Shown here piece after piece: positions 11,690 to 24,026 of a stretch of 64,000 bases of DNA (its first letter is position 1; each line of letters opens with the position of its first letter). The position numbers and the translations under genes are program-made. This DNA is from Podarcis bocagei (lineage: Eukaryota): assembly GCA_964188305.1 (NCBI GenBank), contig OZ076885.1; one strand, 5' to 3'. The notes beneath the pieces were generated by a model that saw only the letters and a list, made by a program, of their open reading frames with translations, had not been told where the DNA came from and ran no database searches.

Positions 11690-12990
11690 CGACTCCCCGC
11701 TTCCCACAGAGTTGGAGGGTCATTAGCCCACCCCCTGACAGATCCGAGGGTGGCGTTGCGGGGGAGCCAGATTCCAACGAAGCCTCGCATATCACGTTCC
11801 CCCACCCGCTGTGCGCGCGAACCCCGCCCAAAAGTTGGGAGGGACCCCACGGGTCATCTAGCCCAACCCCTGACAGACCAGAAAGAGGCGTTGCGGGGGA
11901 GTCGGATTCCAACGCAGCCTCACATACCACGTCGCACCCCCGTCCTCCCTGCACACTAATCCTCGCCCCCCCCTCGGCGGTGCTTTACCTGCCCCGTTTC
12001 TGGGAGGGGCGCGACGGCGTTCCTGCCTCCGACGCGGAACTTGGCCGCCTTGTAGATCTTCCAGTAGACGAAGAGCACGACGCCCAGGGGCAGGTAGAAA
12101 GCGCCCCCCGTGGAGAAGACGGCGTAGGCGGGCTCGGGGCTGACCTGGCAGCGCTGCTGCTCGGCGCTGTACGAACTGCCTCCCCAGCCGAGCAACAGCG
12201 GCAGCAGCGCCAGGAGCGCGCCCAGCGCCCACGCCACGCCGATGAGGGCGCCCGAGGCTCGGCGGCGCGCGCGCGGGGTGTAGCGCAGGTGCCTGGAGAC
12301 GGACCAGTAGCGGTCGAGGGCGATGGCGGCCACGCTCCAGATGCTGGCCGTGCAGCAGAGCACGTCGAGGCAGACCCACGCGTGGCACAGCGCCCGGCCC
12401 AGGCGCCAGCGCCGCCCGCCCCCCGACAGCTCCTTGGCCAGGCTGAGAGGCATCACCAGCGCCGCCACCAGCGCGTCGGCCGCCGCCGTGGACGCCACCA
12501 GGTTGTGCGGCGCGCGGTGGAAAGCCCTCACGCGCACGATGGTGGCCAGCACCAGCAGGTTCCACACCAGCGTGGCCACAGTCAGCAGCGCCAGCAGGCT
12601 GAGCACCAGCAGGCGGAAGAGGGACAGCGGCTCGCCGCCGTCTGAGGACGAGGTGCGGTTGGCTCCTCCGGCGCCTGAGGAGGAGCCGTTCAGCGGCATG
12701 GCCGGCTTGGCGGGAAGAGCAGCCGCTCGCCGCCGCCGCCCGCATAGAGCTCCCGGCGCGCCAAACTGAGCGAAAAGGGAGCGGGCGGAGGAGGCGGCGG
12801 GTCCAATCAACGCACCTCGCTCCTCCGAAGTGCTTGGGAAACTCCCGCCGGCGGGCAGGTGGCCGGCAGCCGAGCCGCGCAAAGCGCAGCAGCTGCTCGC
12901 TCCGCCCCCTTCGGAAAGGCCGCTCCCGCTGCCAGCGCCACGTGCTGCTGCTTGCCGCGCGCGCCTTGCTTTCTCTACCCCGGGGGTACG
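11690..12990. promoter_or_regulatory. CpG island over the HTR5B promoter and exon 1
   Basis: Very GC- and CpG-rich block. Contains a GC box (12901-12908), a CACGTG E-box (12939-12944) and CCAAT (12803-12807). Confidence 0.75.
11989..12699 (-). CDS. HTR5B: 5-hydroxytryptamine receptor 5B, coding exon 1 (N-terminus to TM5; 237 aa)
   Basis: ATG at 12699 in context gccggccATGc. N-glycosylation sequons NGS and NRT. TM3 [17 protein letters not shown] has the aminergic Asp and DRY; TM5 is [13 protein letters not shown]. Donor CAG|gtaaag at 11989. The single ICL3 intron (9.8 kb) is typical of HTR5 genes. Assignment to 5B rather than 5A rests on adjacency to DDX18. Confidence 0.9.
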
Positions 12991-13410
12991 CAAGGTCGGA
13001 TTTAGGTTTGATGAGGCCCTAAGCTACTAAAGTTAATGGGGCCCTTTATATGTCTAGCTGTCCAGTTTGTCAACAACAAATTGCCGCTGGTTTTTTGTGT
13101 TGAATATATGCTGTATGGTAATTTATGAACCTAATAGGTATCTAAATCCATTTGCACATAACAAAGCATGTATTTTATCAAAGTAATTAATATAGAAATG
13201 AGCAAACCAGTGATATTTGAGGGAGCAGGCTAGCAGGCGGGGCCCATTACTTACATCATAGGAGCCTGCACAACACAAAACACTGTTGCTGTATGTAGGT
13301 TTTATTTTATTAGTTTTTTATCTCATATTTTGGAAATGTACATCCAGGTTTTTTTTCCCTTTAAATTGTTTTGGGGGCCCCACTTGGGGCCCCAAGCTAT
13401 AGCTTGCTTA
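12991..13410. mobile_element. probable non-autonomous hAT-like DNA transposon directly upstream of HTR5B, followed by a short Sauria-SINE tail fragment (13411-13440)
   Basis: Abrupt GC-to-AT switch at caaggtcggattta. ggccc(t/c)aagcta subterminal motifs occur at both ends. The distal TIR is missing. Confidence 0.55.
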
Positions 13411-14458
13411 AGGTAAAGGGACCCCTGACCATTGGGTCCATAGCCGGGGGTGGCAGGGGACCAAATTTCCTTGATTATAAATTAAGGAAATCCATAAAAA
13501 ATACTAAACTAACTGAGGTTCTGCCTCCAACATAAAGCCTGTCCCGCCCCCTACATAAATCCTGGCTATACCTATGCTTCCTTCCTAGGGAGATTTGCAG
13601 TGCAATCCCATGCTGATCTACAAAAACTGGATGCCTTAATCTGCCCCAGCTGCAACAAAACATGTCTCTCCCATATTAGTCTCTACAGCCGCAGCAGGTT
13701 CTGCAACCTTCTAACAGCTTGACTTCACCCCCCCCCCCAAGACACACTCCTCCATTGTCTCCTGAGATGGACAGATGCCAACAACATTAGAAGTAATTTC
13801 ACCTGTTACGGTGGGAACTCCATGGAGTGTCTTTAATCCAGGAATTGGGAACCTGTGAGCTTTTAAATGTCATTGGAAAATAAATAAATAAATAAATAAA
13901 TTTATAATTTTATTTATACCCTGCCCACCTGGCTGGGTTGCCCCAGCCATTCTGGGTGGCTTCCAACACATATAAAAATAATAATAAAACATCAAGCATT
14001 AATAGTAACAATCTGACCCAATATAAAAAGTTACAATAACTTTAAAATAAACAAATTATATAAAATAAAGCAATATTCAATAACCCATTAGAATCCAACT
14101 ACAATTCCCACCTACCCGGCCATTACCCATCCTAATGACTACTAATGGAGGGCTAATGACAACTGGAGGCCAACAACATTGGCAGGACCATAGGTGAAAG
14201 CAGGGCTAGGTTAAGTCACTTCCACAAATATAGCTGATTTTTAGTAATTCATAATAATCCAAACAATCCACTTTTGAACTGCCAGAGCCACTCTGTTATC
14301 ACCACTTTTCACATTTAAATATTTATGCTGCTTTTCAAAAAAGTTCCATTACAAAAGAAATAATTCCATTACAAAGAAATAATTCTCAAAACTAGCAAGA
14401 CCCCAAAGACATATGAAGCAGTCTTTTTCTCAACCCAATGCCTGCTAGACAATGCACC

Positions 14459-14496
<38 letters not shown>

Positions 14497-16657
14497 GAAG
14501 AGAGATTATTTTCCTTTTATTTCTTCTTCTTCTTGCGGGAAGAGGTTCCACCATGGTGACGCAAAACTTGTAAAACCCATTGCCATCAAAAGCTGTGAAG
14601 ACAGCAAGGCAATAGGACTTATATGGGGAAAGAGTTTCCTGCTTCTGGTGGTGGTGTATGGTGTGTGTGGTTTTTTTTTTAAAAGCTGTCCTGTACTTCT
14701 GCATACCTCATGTTCACAAGATGCTGATTCCTCCATCTTGTTTTTCAGCAGCCCCGTTTTCACTCCAACTTGGTTGGCATTCAACCACCGGAGTTGGTTA
14801 TTAGAGGGACAGATAGCAACAACAAAGGCAAGAACAGTTTTAATAGGGCTGACTTTTGAGACAGGAGCAACAGCACTAGCTGTAGTGAGTGGGATGAAGT
14901 AATTGCATCTGTGGAAGTCACCTCTCCCTCAGTCTCCCAATTGGTTTTCTACGCAAGAGGCCATCTCACAGGACACTGTTATTTTCTTCTCGGTAAGAAC
15001 TGTTTAATGTCCTTTGAGAAAGTTGCGTTTATCGTCATAGATAATCATGCTGCAGTTGCTATGGCAACCGGCTTCAGCATCTCAAGAGCAAGGCTGTAAT
15101 TTTGAGAGAGAGAAGACAGATCTAGATGAGGTCCAGATTTTCATAAATTATAAGTAATGGAAAAGCAAATTGGCCCACTTAATGGAAATGGAAGGAGGGG
15201 GAAATACAGAGAGGTGGGTCCTACTTCTTCCACAAAGCAATTAAGAAAAAGAAGGGAGGAAATAAGTTGTTCGCATTGCATATGCAATTACTATTATGCA
15301 AAATGTTGCCTCTTATTAGGCACAGGAGAATTACAGTTTGAATTCGCTTTTTCTCTGCAGTGGCTGAAGCAATAATCTGTGGAACATCCTCACTTCAATT
15401 TCCGGTCTGTCCAAAGGAGCCTGGTGCCTTGGCAGCTGATATAATCGACTTTTTCATTACTGTTTATCATTTCTTTTGTTGAAAAGTGGGAAGTGTTAAG
15501 AATGAACAGTGAAGGCAAAAGAGCAGGAGCATGCCTTCTGCGGAACCCATGTTTCTCTAGATAATGGGGAGAGGCATGACAGAGATAGCATCAGTTCATG
15601 AGAAAAATATATATGAAAAATGGGTACCTTCATTTAAAAAAAAAACTCCTTTTGTGAGTTGGTGCGTGTGAAAATGTAGTGCTAGGGCAAAGAAGGTAAC
15701 ATAGATACAAAATGCATATAACACATTGGGAAGGCTGAGAACCGACTTATGAGATGTTCCACCATTTATTGAAATTCTGTGAAAGGTACTGAAGTAATAT
15801 TAAAATAAGGAATCATTGGTTTGAGATATTATTTGCCACGTAGTTCGAGAACTTATGGGATTGCTCCTTTTCTCACTTTCAGAACCCAACCTGCAAAGCT
15901 TTGTGGGGGAAATACTTCAAATCATGATAAAATCATGCAGTTCATCAACCAAGTCAATATTTTTCACTGGGGTTTTATCTTTGCCTTCTTAATCTCCAAT
16001 TTCTGCCCTCTGAAGATCATTACGCTGACCTTCATGCACTAGAAGAAGATCAGCAAATCTGTTGAAGATACCGCTTTATAGCACCTCATTTTAATATTGT
16101 TTTCTTTATTTCATTTTTGCTATATAGGTTTGTGGGTATTTTTCTAAATTAAAAAGTGGCCATGCACCACTTTGGAAACATTTCTTGGGAAGCAGTTTAT
16201 AAATTCTCTAACAAATAACAAATAAGGGGGGGGGGAGAGAAGAGATGGTTACTTGTTTGTGGCTCATTTGTTCTTTTTTATTATGCATTTCATTTTCTTT
16301 CTTTTTCATTTAGTATTTCTATGTTGTGAACTTCCTCAAGATCTACAAATGAAGGGTGACACACAAAATGAACAAACCAATGAACATTTCCTCCTTGTCC
16401 CTTGTTTATTTTCCAGTTCAGCTATGGAAGAATGGGAAATGAATTAAATCTGTGATGGGGAACCTGTGGCCCTTTAGGTGCCTTTCGATTACAACTCCCA
16501 TCATGCATCAGCGTTGGCCATGTTGGCTGGGGCTGATGAGAGACCTGGAGTGACCCATGAAGCTCACTGGGTGACCTTGGACCAGTCACGACCTCACAGT
16601 GTAACCTACCTCATGGAATTTTTGTGAGGATTAAATGAGGGGTCGAACCATGTACAC

Positions 16658-16784
16658 CAGGCTTCCTCAACCTCAGCCCTCCAGATGTTTTTGGCCTACA
16701 ACTCCCATGATCCCTAGCTAGCAGGACCAGTGGCCAGGGATTGTAGTCTCAAAGCATCTGGAGGGGTGAGGTTGAGGAAGCCTG
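16658..16784. mobile_element. palindromic hAT MITE inserted in an older SINE
   Basis: TIR caggcttcctcaacct / aggttgaggaagcctg. TSD atgtacac / gtgtacac (7 of 8 match). Confidence 0.75.
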
Positions 16785-17799
16785 GTGTACACCATCCTGA
16801 GCTACTTGGTGAGAAATGTTTATAAATGTAATAAATATATTTTGTTTTTATTCATGTCCTGCCTTTCTTCCCCCATGGTGCCCGAAATGGCACACATGTT
16901 CCTTGCAGTGACAAGCTCAGCTTCAGCAAGGTGGTAGCTTCAAGGGCCTACACACTATGCCTTTAAAATATGTTTGAAACACCACCACCCCACTCAAAAG
17001 AGTTCTGGGTACTTCAGTTCGTTAAAGGTTGCTGGGCACTGTAACTCTTGAGGGATAAACTACAGTGCCCAGAATTCTGTGGGGGTGGAATGTGCTTTAA
17101 AGGTATAGTGCATATACAACCAGAAAACTACCCTTCAAGGCTTTTATAGGTAGTGTAAAACTTTCCAGCATGTTGAGACAATGAGAATATAAGTTTGGGG
17201 GAGGGCGGAATAGCTTTCTTCATGAGCCAAGGCTTTCTCTTGGTGCCCATTCACTTAAGTGGAACTCCGCATAGTTTAAGGATACGATTAAGCAGCCCAT
17301 TTTCTGCTGTTGAGGCCAGATACAAGGGTTTGTTAACCCCCCCCCCCGGGAATTTTCTTTAAAAAGCCATCAGTGCACAACAGGCTATTCTCATCAAACT
17401 GATGACTCTGCAGAGCTCCGTTTGCTTCTAATCAGAGAAAGTTTTGCTAACGCTATCGTTCTGGAGAGAAAGAACATTCAAGCTTATCAGCCGTGTAACA
17501 AATATCTCAGGAGTGTACATACCCAACTCCTCAGCATTATAGATGGGTTTTGGGGGATGCAAAATGAGACTAATGTGACAAGCACTATTTAAATGTTGTT
17601 AGCATCATAATAGAACCCTTTGCCAATTGCAACCTCAGTCTTTGGGGGCCAAATGTATCTCTTGGAATTGTCCCCAGGCCACAGCAGGCCATGAACTCTC
17701 ACCAGCCTAATTTCATGACCTCAGGCACTTTTGCCTGCTTGAAAGGTGTCCTAGAACTATGATACTGACTCCTGCTTCCCTGGAAACTAGCCTACCATA

Positions 17800-18152
17800 G
17801 GTAAAGGTAAAGGGACCCCTGACCATTAGGTCCAGTCGTGGCCGACTCTGGGGTTGCGGCGCTCATCTTGCTTTATTGGCCGAGGGAGCCGGCGTACAGC
17901 TTCCGGGTCATGTGGCCAGCATGGCAAAGCCACTTCTTGCGAACCAGAGCAGCGCACGGAAACACCATTTACCTTCCCGCTGGAGTAGTACCTATTTATC
18001 TATTTCCACTTCACGTGCTTTCAAACTGCTATGTTGGCAGGAGCAGAGACCAAGCAACAGAAGCTCACCCAGTCATGGGGATTTGAACCGCTGACCTTCT
18101 GATCGGCAAGTCCTAGGCGCTGTAGTTTAACCCATGGTGCCACCTGTGTCCC
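17800..18152 (-). mobile_element. Sauria SINE (full length)
   Basis: tRNA-like head with GGTTCAAATCC B box and an (ACCTTT)n tail. TSD tagcctaccata at 17788-17799 and 18153-18164. Confidence 0.88.
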
Positions 18153-18842
18153 TAGCCTACCATACATAGGTAGAAATTACATTAATTGTCCCACCCACTT
18201 TTGCTTCCAGCCGTGCTCGCTACTGGCATGTGCACTCTCCCACCAATGGATCTTTGGCTGAAAACAATTGCCCAACTGTTTTATGATTACAAATAACCTG
18301 AGGCCAAACAGCAACAACCCACACCACTGAATACAGGTTGTGCAAAAGAGCCGTAGAGGAAAATGGGAGGAAAGGCAGGTGCAAGAGGAGCAAAGTGTGT
18401 TTCAGACTTGGTTATATCAGGAGAGAGCTGGCTTGGAAGGAAGCACTATGGCAGCCCTGTCATCTAGGAGAGGCGGCATTACAAGGTGAGGCTGAAAAGG
18501 ATCCAGCAGATGAAGACAAGGTGGGGGCAAAAAAAAATAGGACATGACTGGATCTCCTTCGGAAAAGTCATGCGCCAAAGGATTAATCTCTCTCAGCCAA
18601 TATTGCTCCCAGTGGTGCAAGGCTTGGGTTTACTGCCGCCAGCTATTCACGTCTCACAGAAACAACAGAATGGAGTGGAAATCTAGACCAGAGATACAGA
18701 CCTCCAGTATTAGAAAGGAAGCCTCAAAGGAGACAAGGCCATGGAAAACTCAGTTGGGATATGTGGACAGGATAGTGCCCATCTTAGGCTTCAAATCAGT
18801 GATGTTAATTAAAGATTGGTATAAGGAAATTCCAACTGCTGC

Positions 18843-18880
<38 letters not shown>

Positions 18881-21800
18881 GACTGGATGAGACACTGCAA
18901 CATTAGAGAGACACAGTACTTAAGAGTAACAACCAAATATTCCTGCCCAAAGAAGATTGCGATCTAATTTTCAATCTAGCTTGGCTCCTATCTGGTGCTT
19001 TTCACAGTATCAATTGAGGAATGGGGACTTGGTGGGCGGTAGGGGGTTCTACGGCACAAGCTGAATCCTCCTTCCATTGAGCACTGGTGGGCAGTAAGGG
19101 AATTTTACCATCAAGAAAGATGCATTATTGGGCAGTAGGTATAAAAAGGTTGACTACCCCTGTATTAGCCAATAGGAAGTATCTTACTTGTACAACATGC
19201 AAAGTGTTTCCTTGTGTTCCAGCCTTGAAACAGTGTTCCAATCACCTGCACAGCAGAGTTCTTAGCCAAAATTGCCTTTGAAGGTTGTGCTGATTCTCAA
19301 AGCATAGCTTTCCAGAGCATCTCAACATGTAGTCAGCTCCTCAGCCTCAGGTCAGGATCTCTCGACCACTGTCAGAATCTGTGTGCGTGGTGCATATTCC
19401 TCAAGACTGTGTGAGGTAGTAGGCACATAATTCTGCTTCATGAATATATCAGATTTCTTTTAAAGCAAAAAGCAACAGAAAGCCACCAGCTCTTATGGCT
19501 AACAAAAAAATCTACTTAGGCAACAGCTGCTGAAATCCCAAAAAGGTGGATCAATAATTCTTTAGGTGTTTTCTGAGTTTTTGACTCTCTAAATATTAAC
19601 AAGCCTGTAATGCATTTATGCCAATTTGCACACTGTATAAGTCACAGAATTCAGCTTAATGAAGAACTACAACAGGCACAGAGCGCATGTGTATTAGAGG
19701 TGTGTAACTGACCAGCACATGCAGCAGTATATGGTTATAGAAACTATTGCAACACATTTCATTCAAAATGACAGAAATGTAATTAAATCAGTAGGAAGAA
19801 TAATTCTGACTCCTGCCATTTTGCCACTATGGTTAGGAGGAGTCCAGTGACTGAAGCATGAGGAGGTGATAGAAGGAAACACTGGGAGAAACCCCAGCAC
19901 AATGGGTGGAGGACGGCGGGGGGAGACCTTTCTGTTGGACAAGCAGAAATGCTTCTGCTGACCAAACCATCTCCTTAGCACATTGAATATGACCAGAAAT
20001 CTCTCTCCTGTTGGTAGTGCCTCTGCAAAATGCAATCAGATAACCTAGACAGCATGATAAAGGGCCTGTTGAACTTGGCTGCTTCCACCAAGGTATTGCG
20101 ATATCTTGTATCCCGTGAAAACAGAGCCAGTTCTTACACTCTTTGAGTCAGCTCCAGTTCACGTCACAACTACTCAAGTGAATGGCTCACTCTCACACGT
20201 GACATGAGAGGGAAGTATTTCTTAGAGAGTCGTTGCTAACAGAAATTTCAAGATGTAACTTTTCTAACTGGAGGGATGAGGGAACCCCAAGAATTCTTCA
20301 TAGGATAACTAACTTCTGGGATGAAGTTTAGCTTCCCCTGAAAGTCATTAAAAATAGACCTGTGCTTAACAAGTGGATGTGCAGCTACAAAAATAGCAGT
20401 GAAGAGAATAGGGAACAGGCTCCAATAATCAAGTGGAACAACCAAGTGGAACAGGAGGAAAAGGGATGAGCCTGACATTTCAAACCAAATTAGTCACAAA
20501 GGTTTGTATTCTTTTAGTGGCACAGCAATAAAAACTGCTAGCACATTTGAAAAGCTAAGCAGGGTCTGATATGGTTTTCAAATTGGATAGGGGCCCAAAT
20601 ATTGATATTTTTGCATTGCAAAGGATTGGGTTAGATGACCCTCAGGGTCCCTTCCAACTTCACAATTCTATGGTTCAATAGAATTTCCCAACTCTACAAT
20701 TCTAATAACATGCCTTTTTCACATGAAAGCATGCAAGTAGAATTTAAGTACGAATTTCACATTACAGAATATGATGAAAACTGCACTAACCCAACAAGTG
20801 AGTGGTAGATCTTTTCAAATTCTTGTTTGTTTGGATGCACCCATAAGAAGTACATTTTAATAGGGTTTTTTGGTGGGGAGCGGTTAAAGAAATGTTTCAG
20901 ATGGTGCAAGCCATCGACATAAGCAGACCTCCCAAAATGGTAATTTAGCTCATCTGGAAAAGTGAACTATCAATCTGTGCGTCATGGTAATCTGAAATGG
21001 CCTTAAACCCCCCCCTCCCCCCAGTTACTATTGTGAAACCATAGAGAGGCATAGAGTATCCAACTTGATAAACTCTGGCTGCATGGTCAATAAATCTCCC
21101 ATCTGTATCACTTCATCTTGAATGATTTTGAAAGTAATTGCTATTCTATATCTGCACAAAGCAGCACAGGACCATAGCATTCTATAAGATGTGCCTGCAT
21201 CATGCCTGGCTTATTCAATTCCTATTATGGGAAGCTTCAGCAAAGCAACTGTGTTTTCTTTTATGAGTCTATAGTGGGGTTGTTTTTAAAATCTCCCCAC
21301 AGCCATTTTGATAACCTCCCTTTAACCGGCTTACGACGTCCAATTTCCTCGTCAAGGTTTTCTGAGTGGGAGGCAATTCCTCAAGAAATACAGTATTAGT
21401 GTGCAAACCATCAGTCACCTTTATGAGACAAGCCTTGAGTGCGCGATGGCCGAGGTCTATTAAATACCCATAAGATTGATTATGGGAAAAGTGCACAGGA
21501 AACCTTACATTTCCAGTCCATTTTTATAGTATTTACAACTTCCTGTGATACTACTCATATGAGAGCCAGAGCTCAACAGACTAAGCTGTTATCCTATCTG
21601 CAAGCTACTGTATACATTAAGTGGGATTCAAAGAGCTGCTTAAGACTTACGATTGCCCAGTGGACCCTTTCCCTTTTCTTCTTCAAACAACTGAATCGCA
21701 GCCGAAACCCTCAATGTAAGAGTTTCCATTTCAAAAGCAGCTTGCCATGCAGCACGAGGAAAGATGCCGTTCAGTAAAAGCCAAAAGTCCCCTGGGACTC

Positions 21801-22944
21801 ATGAAACTATTTTCAGAGTTTTGTAAATCATCCCGTAAGTAAAAGCAGAGGTGAAGTCAAATGCATCTGCACAATCAAGCGAGAGGCATCTGTGAATCTA
21901 TGGAGTCAAGTCTTCCAAATAGGAGACTACAGGAAGACATTTTTACAGTAGCTCAGCCTTGCAAATGAAGCCCTTGAGTATTCCTAGCCCATTTGTTTGA
22001 GGCAGGGAGAGGTGTTGAGAGGGGGAACAACCTAACTCTGCAGAACTGCTCTGCCAGTTTGCCTGGAGATACTCTCCAAGTTTTCTTACCTGGAACAAGC
22101 TCTCTGAGCAGCCATACATCCTCTGTTGCTATTCCAGCCATCTCCCACACAGGTAGCTATTGCTGTATTAGATCTCTAACAACTGAGCATCCCTCAGAAG
22201 ACTCAGCGGTCTTCTGAGATTTGACAAAATTCAAAAATAGCATCATAAGCCAACTGGCTCCAGGAGGGCAGGTGTCAACTAAGTTGTGTGACTGGAACGA
22301 GGTTCGCTTACTCAGCAGGATTCTCCCCCCACCCCAACTTAAATCTGGGTTGGGGGAGCCACCAGAATAGGTTTGAGGGCACAGGGGGGAAGAGAAGGTG
22401 GAAGTCTTCTTGCATGGCCAGACCCTGTTCCTCCACTTAGCGCCTTGTTGAATTCCATCCCAAGGGTGGAATTCAACATAGCTCTACAGCAAATGTCCTC
22501 GCAGTCCAGGGATTTCTCCTTGCAGAATGGAATGTTACCCCAACTCCAGATCACGGGTTCCCACAACCCTCCGGAGCATTTGGGCGAGCCTTCAAAACTG
22601 ACATTCCAGTTGTGAGAGTGTGGGTAGGACAACTGCCAGTTGCTTGTTCCAACACAACATATATTACTATATCAGCAACTCATCAGTAGGAAACCTGGCT
22701 TTCAGTGTTACTGCAAACACAACCACTTGGATTCACAAGTACCTCGCTGCTTCTGATGTTGCTCTCCTGCTGCCACGTGAAAAAGGCAGGTCATGCAGTT
22801 AAAATGCACAAGCTGGATGCCCTAATGGAACACGGCTGCAGGGCCTGAAGCCTATTCCAAAAGGGACTAAAAAGGAAAGAATCCGCTTTGGTGGCAGAAC
22901 CAATAGCCTGAGAAGTGTGCTATGTGCCCAGAACTCTAAAGGCA

Positions 22945-22950
22945 TTTATT
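22945..22950 (-). terminator. candidate DDX18 polyadenylation signal
   Basis: First AATAAA I found on the minus strand downstream of the stop (about 930 nt). Confidence 0.4.
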
Positions 22951-23880
22951 CGTGTGACATGGTGATATATAATTTTAGTTGACCTTTTGAATTCTAACCA
23001 TTTAAACTCAATTCAAAAATTCATACAGAGTGCAATACCCCTAAACTTCTTCAAAGCTTTCAATTCAAGGTAAGATATCACTTTATATACGTCTCGGATA
23101 AAGGTTCTCTCTTCTTCAAACATCCTTTATACTTCCAAAAGTTACAAAAAGGCTTTTGAAGCTTTGGAGGAAAAAGGAATTGCCACTTGGGACCGGGTGG
23201 GGTGGGGGGAATAATCACCTACAATTTCTAAGCATGGCCCCAGTGGGCTGTCAAACCTCTAAAGAGCTTCTGAACAGCCATGTGGCATAGCAGGCAGACA
23301 ACCTACGTTTACTTTGTAAGAAAACACAAGGAAGAGTCTCTGAGTACAAAAACTTAAAGAGTACATAAAAAAGAATTGTATTAATCACCTCTTGCAAAAT
23401 CTGTGTACATACAGCCTAAAAATTCCGAGAGATGCCAAATCACTTGGGAGTCCATGGAAGAAAATAGAGCACCCTTTTAAAAGTGCCACATAGTATCAGT
23501 GGATAGAGACTTGAGCTCCAATCCATTGTAGCCACAGTGTTAGCTCCCGGAGGACCCGCAAAGGGTCAGCCAAGACGTATATCAAGAATACTAATATCCT
23601 GCACTGCAGAGGGGATTAGGGGAAACAGGAAGAGGCATTCTATTTTCCCGGGTAAGAGAACTGCAGCCAATTCATGTGAGCATAGGCTGGAAGAAGTGGG
23701 AAAAGCTAAAAGGAATCTTCCACGCATAGGTACAATGATCACAGAGGACTGGACTGTGTCCTAAAAGTGTGTGCTTCAAAGTCTATACCAAATTCTATAC
23801 TTAATGCACCTTGCTTTGCAGAGAACAGAGTAATTAAGTGAAGGATCAAAAGCCATTTCTGTGAACACGGAACAAGCATC

Positions 23881-24026
23881 TCAGCGGGAAAACTGCCTGC
23901 TATCTGATTGTTTCTTGTTAATGTGCTTGAAGATTTTGGATTTCTGGACGTTCTTTGATTTCTGATAGCCAAACCCTCCACCGCCACCTCTTTTTTGCAA
24001 TCTCTTCCCGTGGCTGCTGTTTACAT
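23881..24026 (-). CDS. DDX18: DDX18 coding exon 14 (C-terminus and stop)
   Basis: Encodes (N)VNSSHGKRLQKRGGGGGFGYQKSK...SRQFSR*. The summed CDS is 1968 nt = 655 aa + stop, with all intron phases consistent. Confidence 0.92.

Noticed and set aside
12598-12630. Split REST/RE1-like half sites (tgagcacc ... ggacagcg)
   Set aside because: The spacer is too long, the left half is imperfect, and the sequence is explained by coding constraint.
11452-12645. 397-aa plus-strand ORF antisense to HTR5B exon 1
   Set aside because: It starts at TTG, is low-complexity, and is the expected stop-poor antisense shadow of a GC-rich coding exon.
12700-12993. 98-aa N-terminal extension of HTR5B in the ORF track
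   Set aside because: The listed start is a TTG at a transposon boundary. There is no in-frame ATG before 12699, and the 12699 start gives a normal glycosylated N-terminus.
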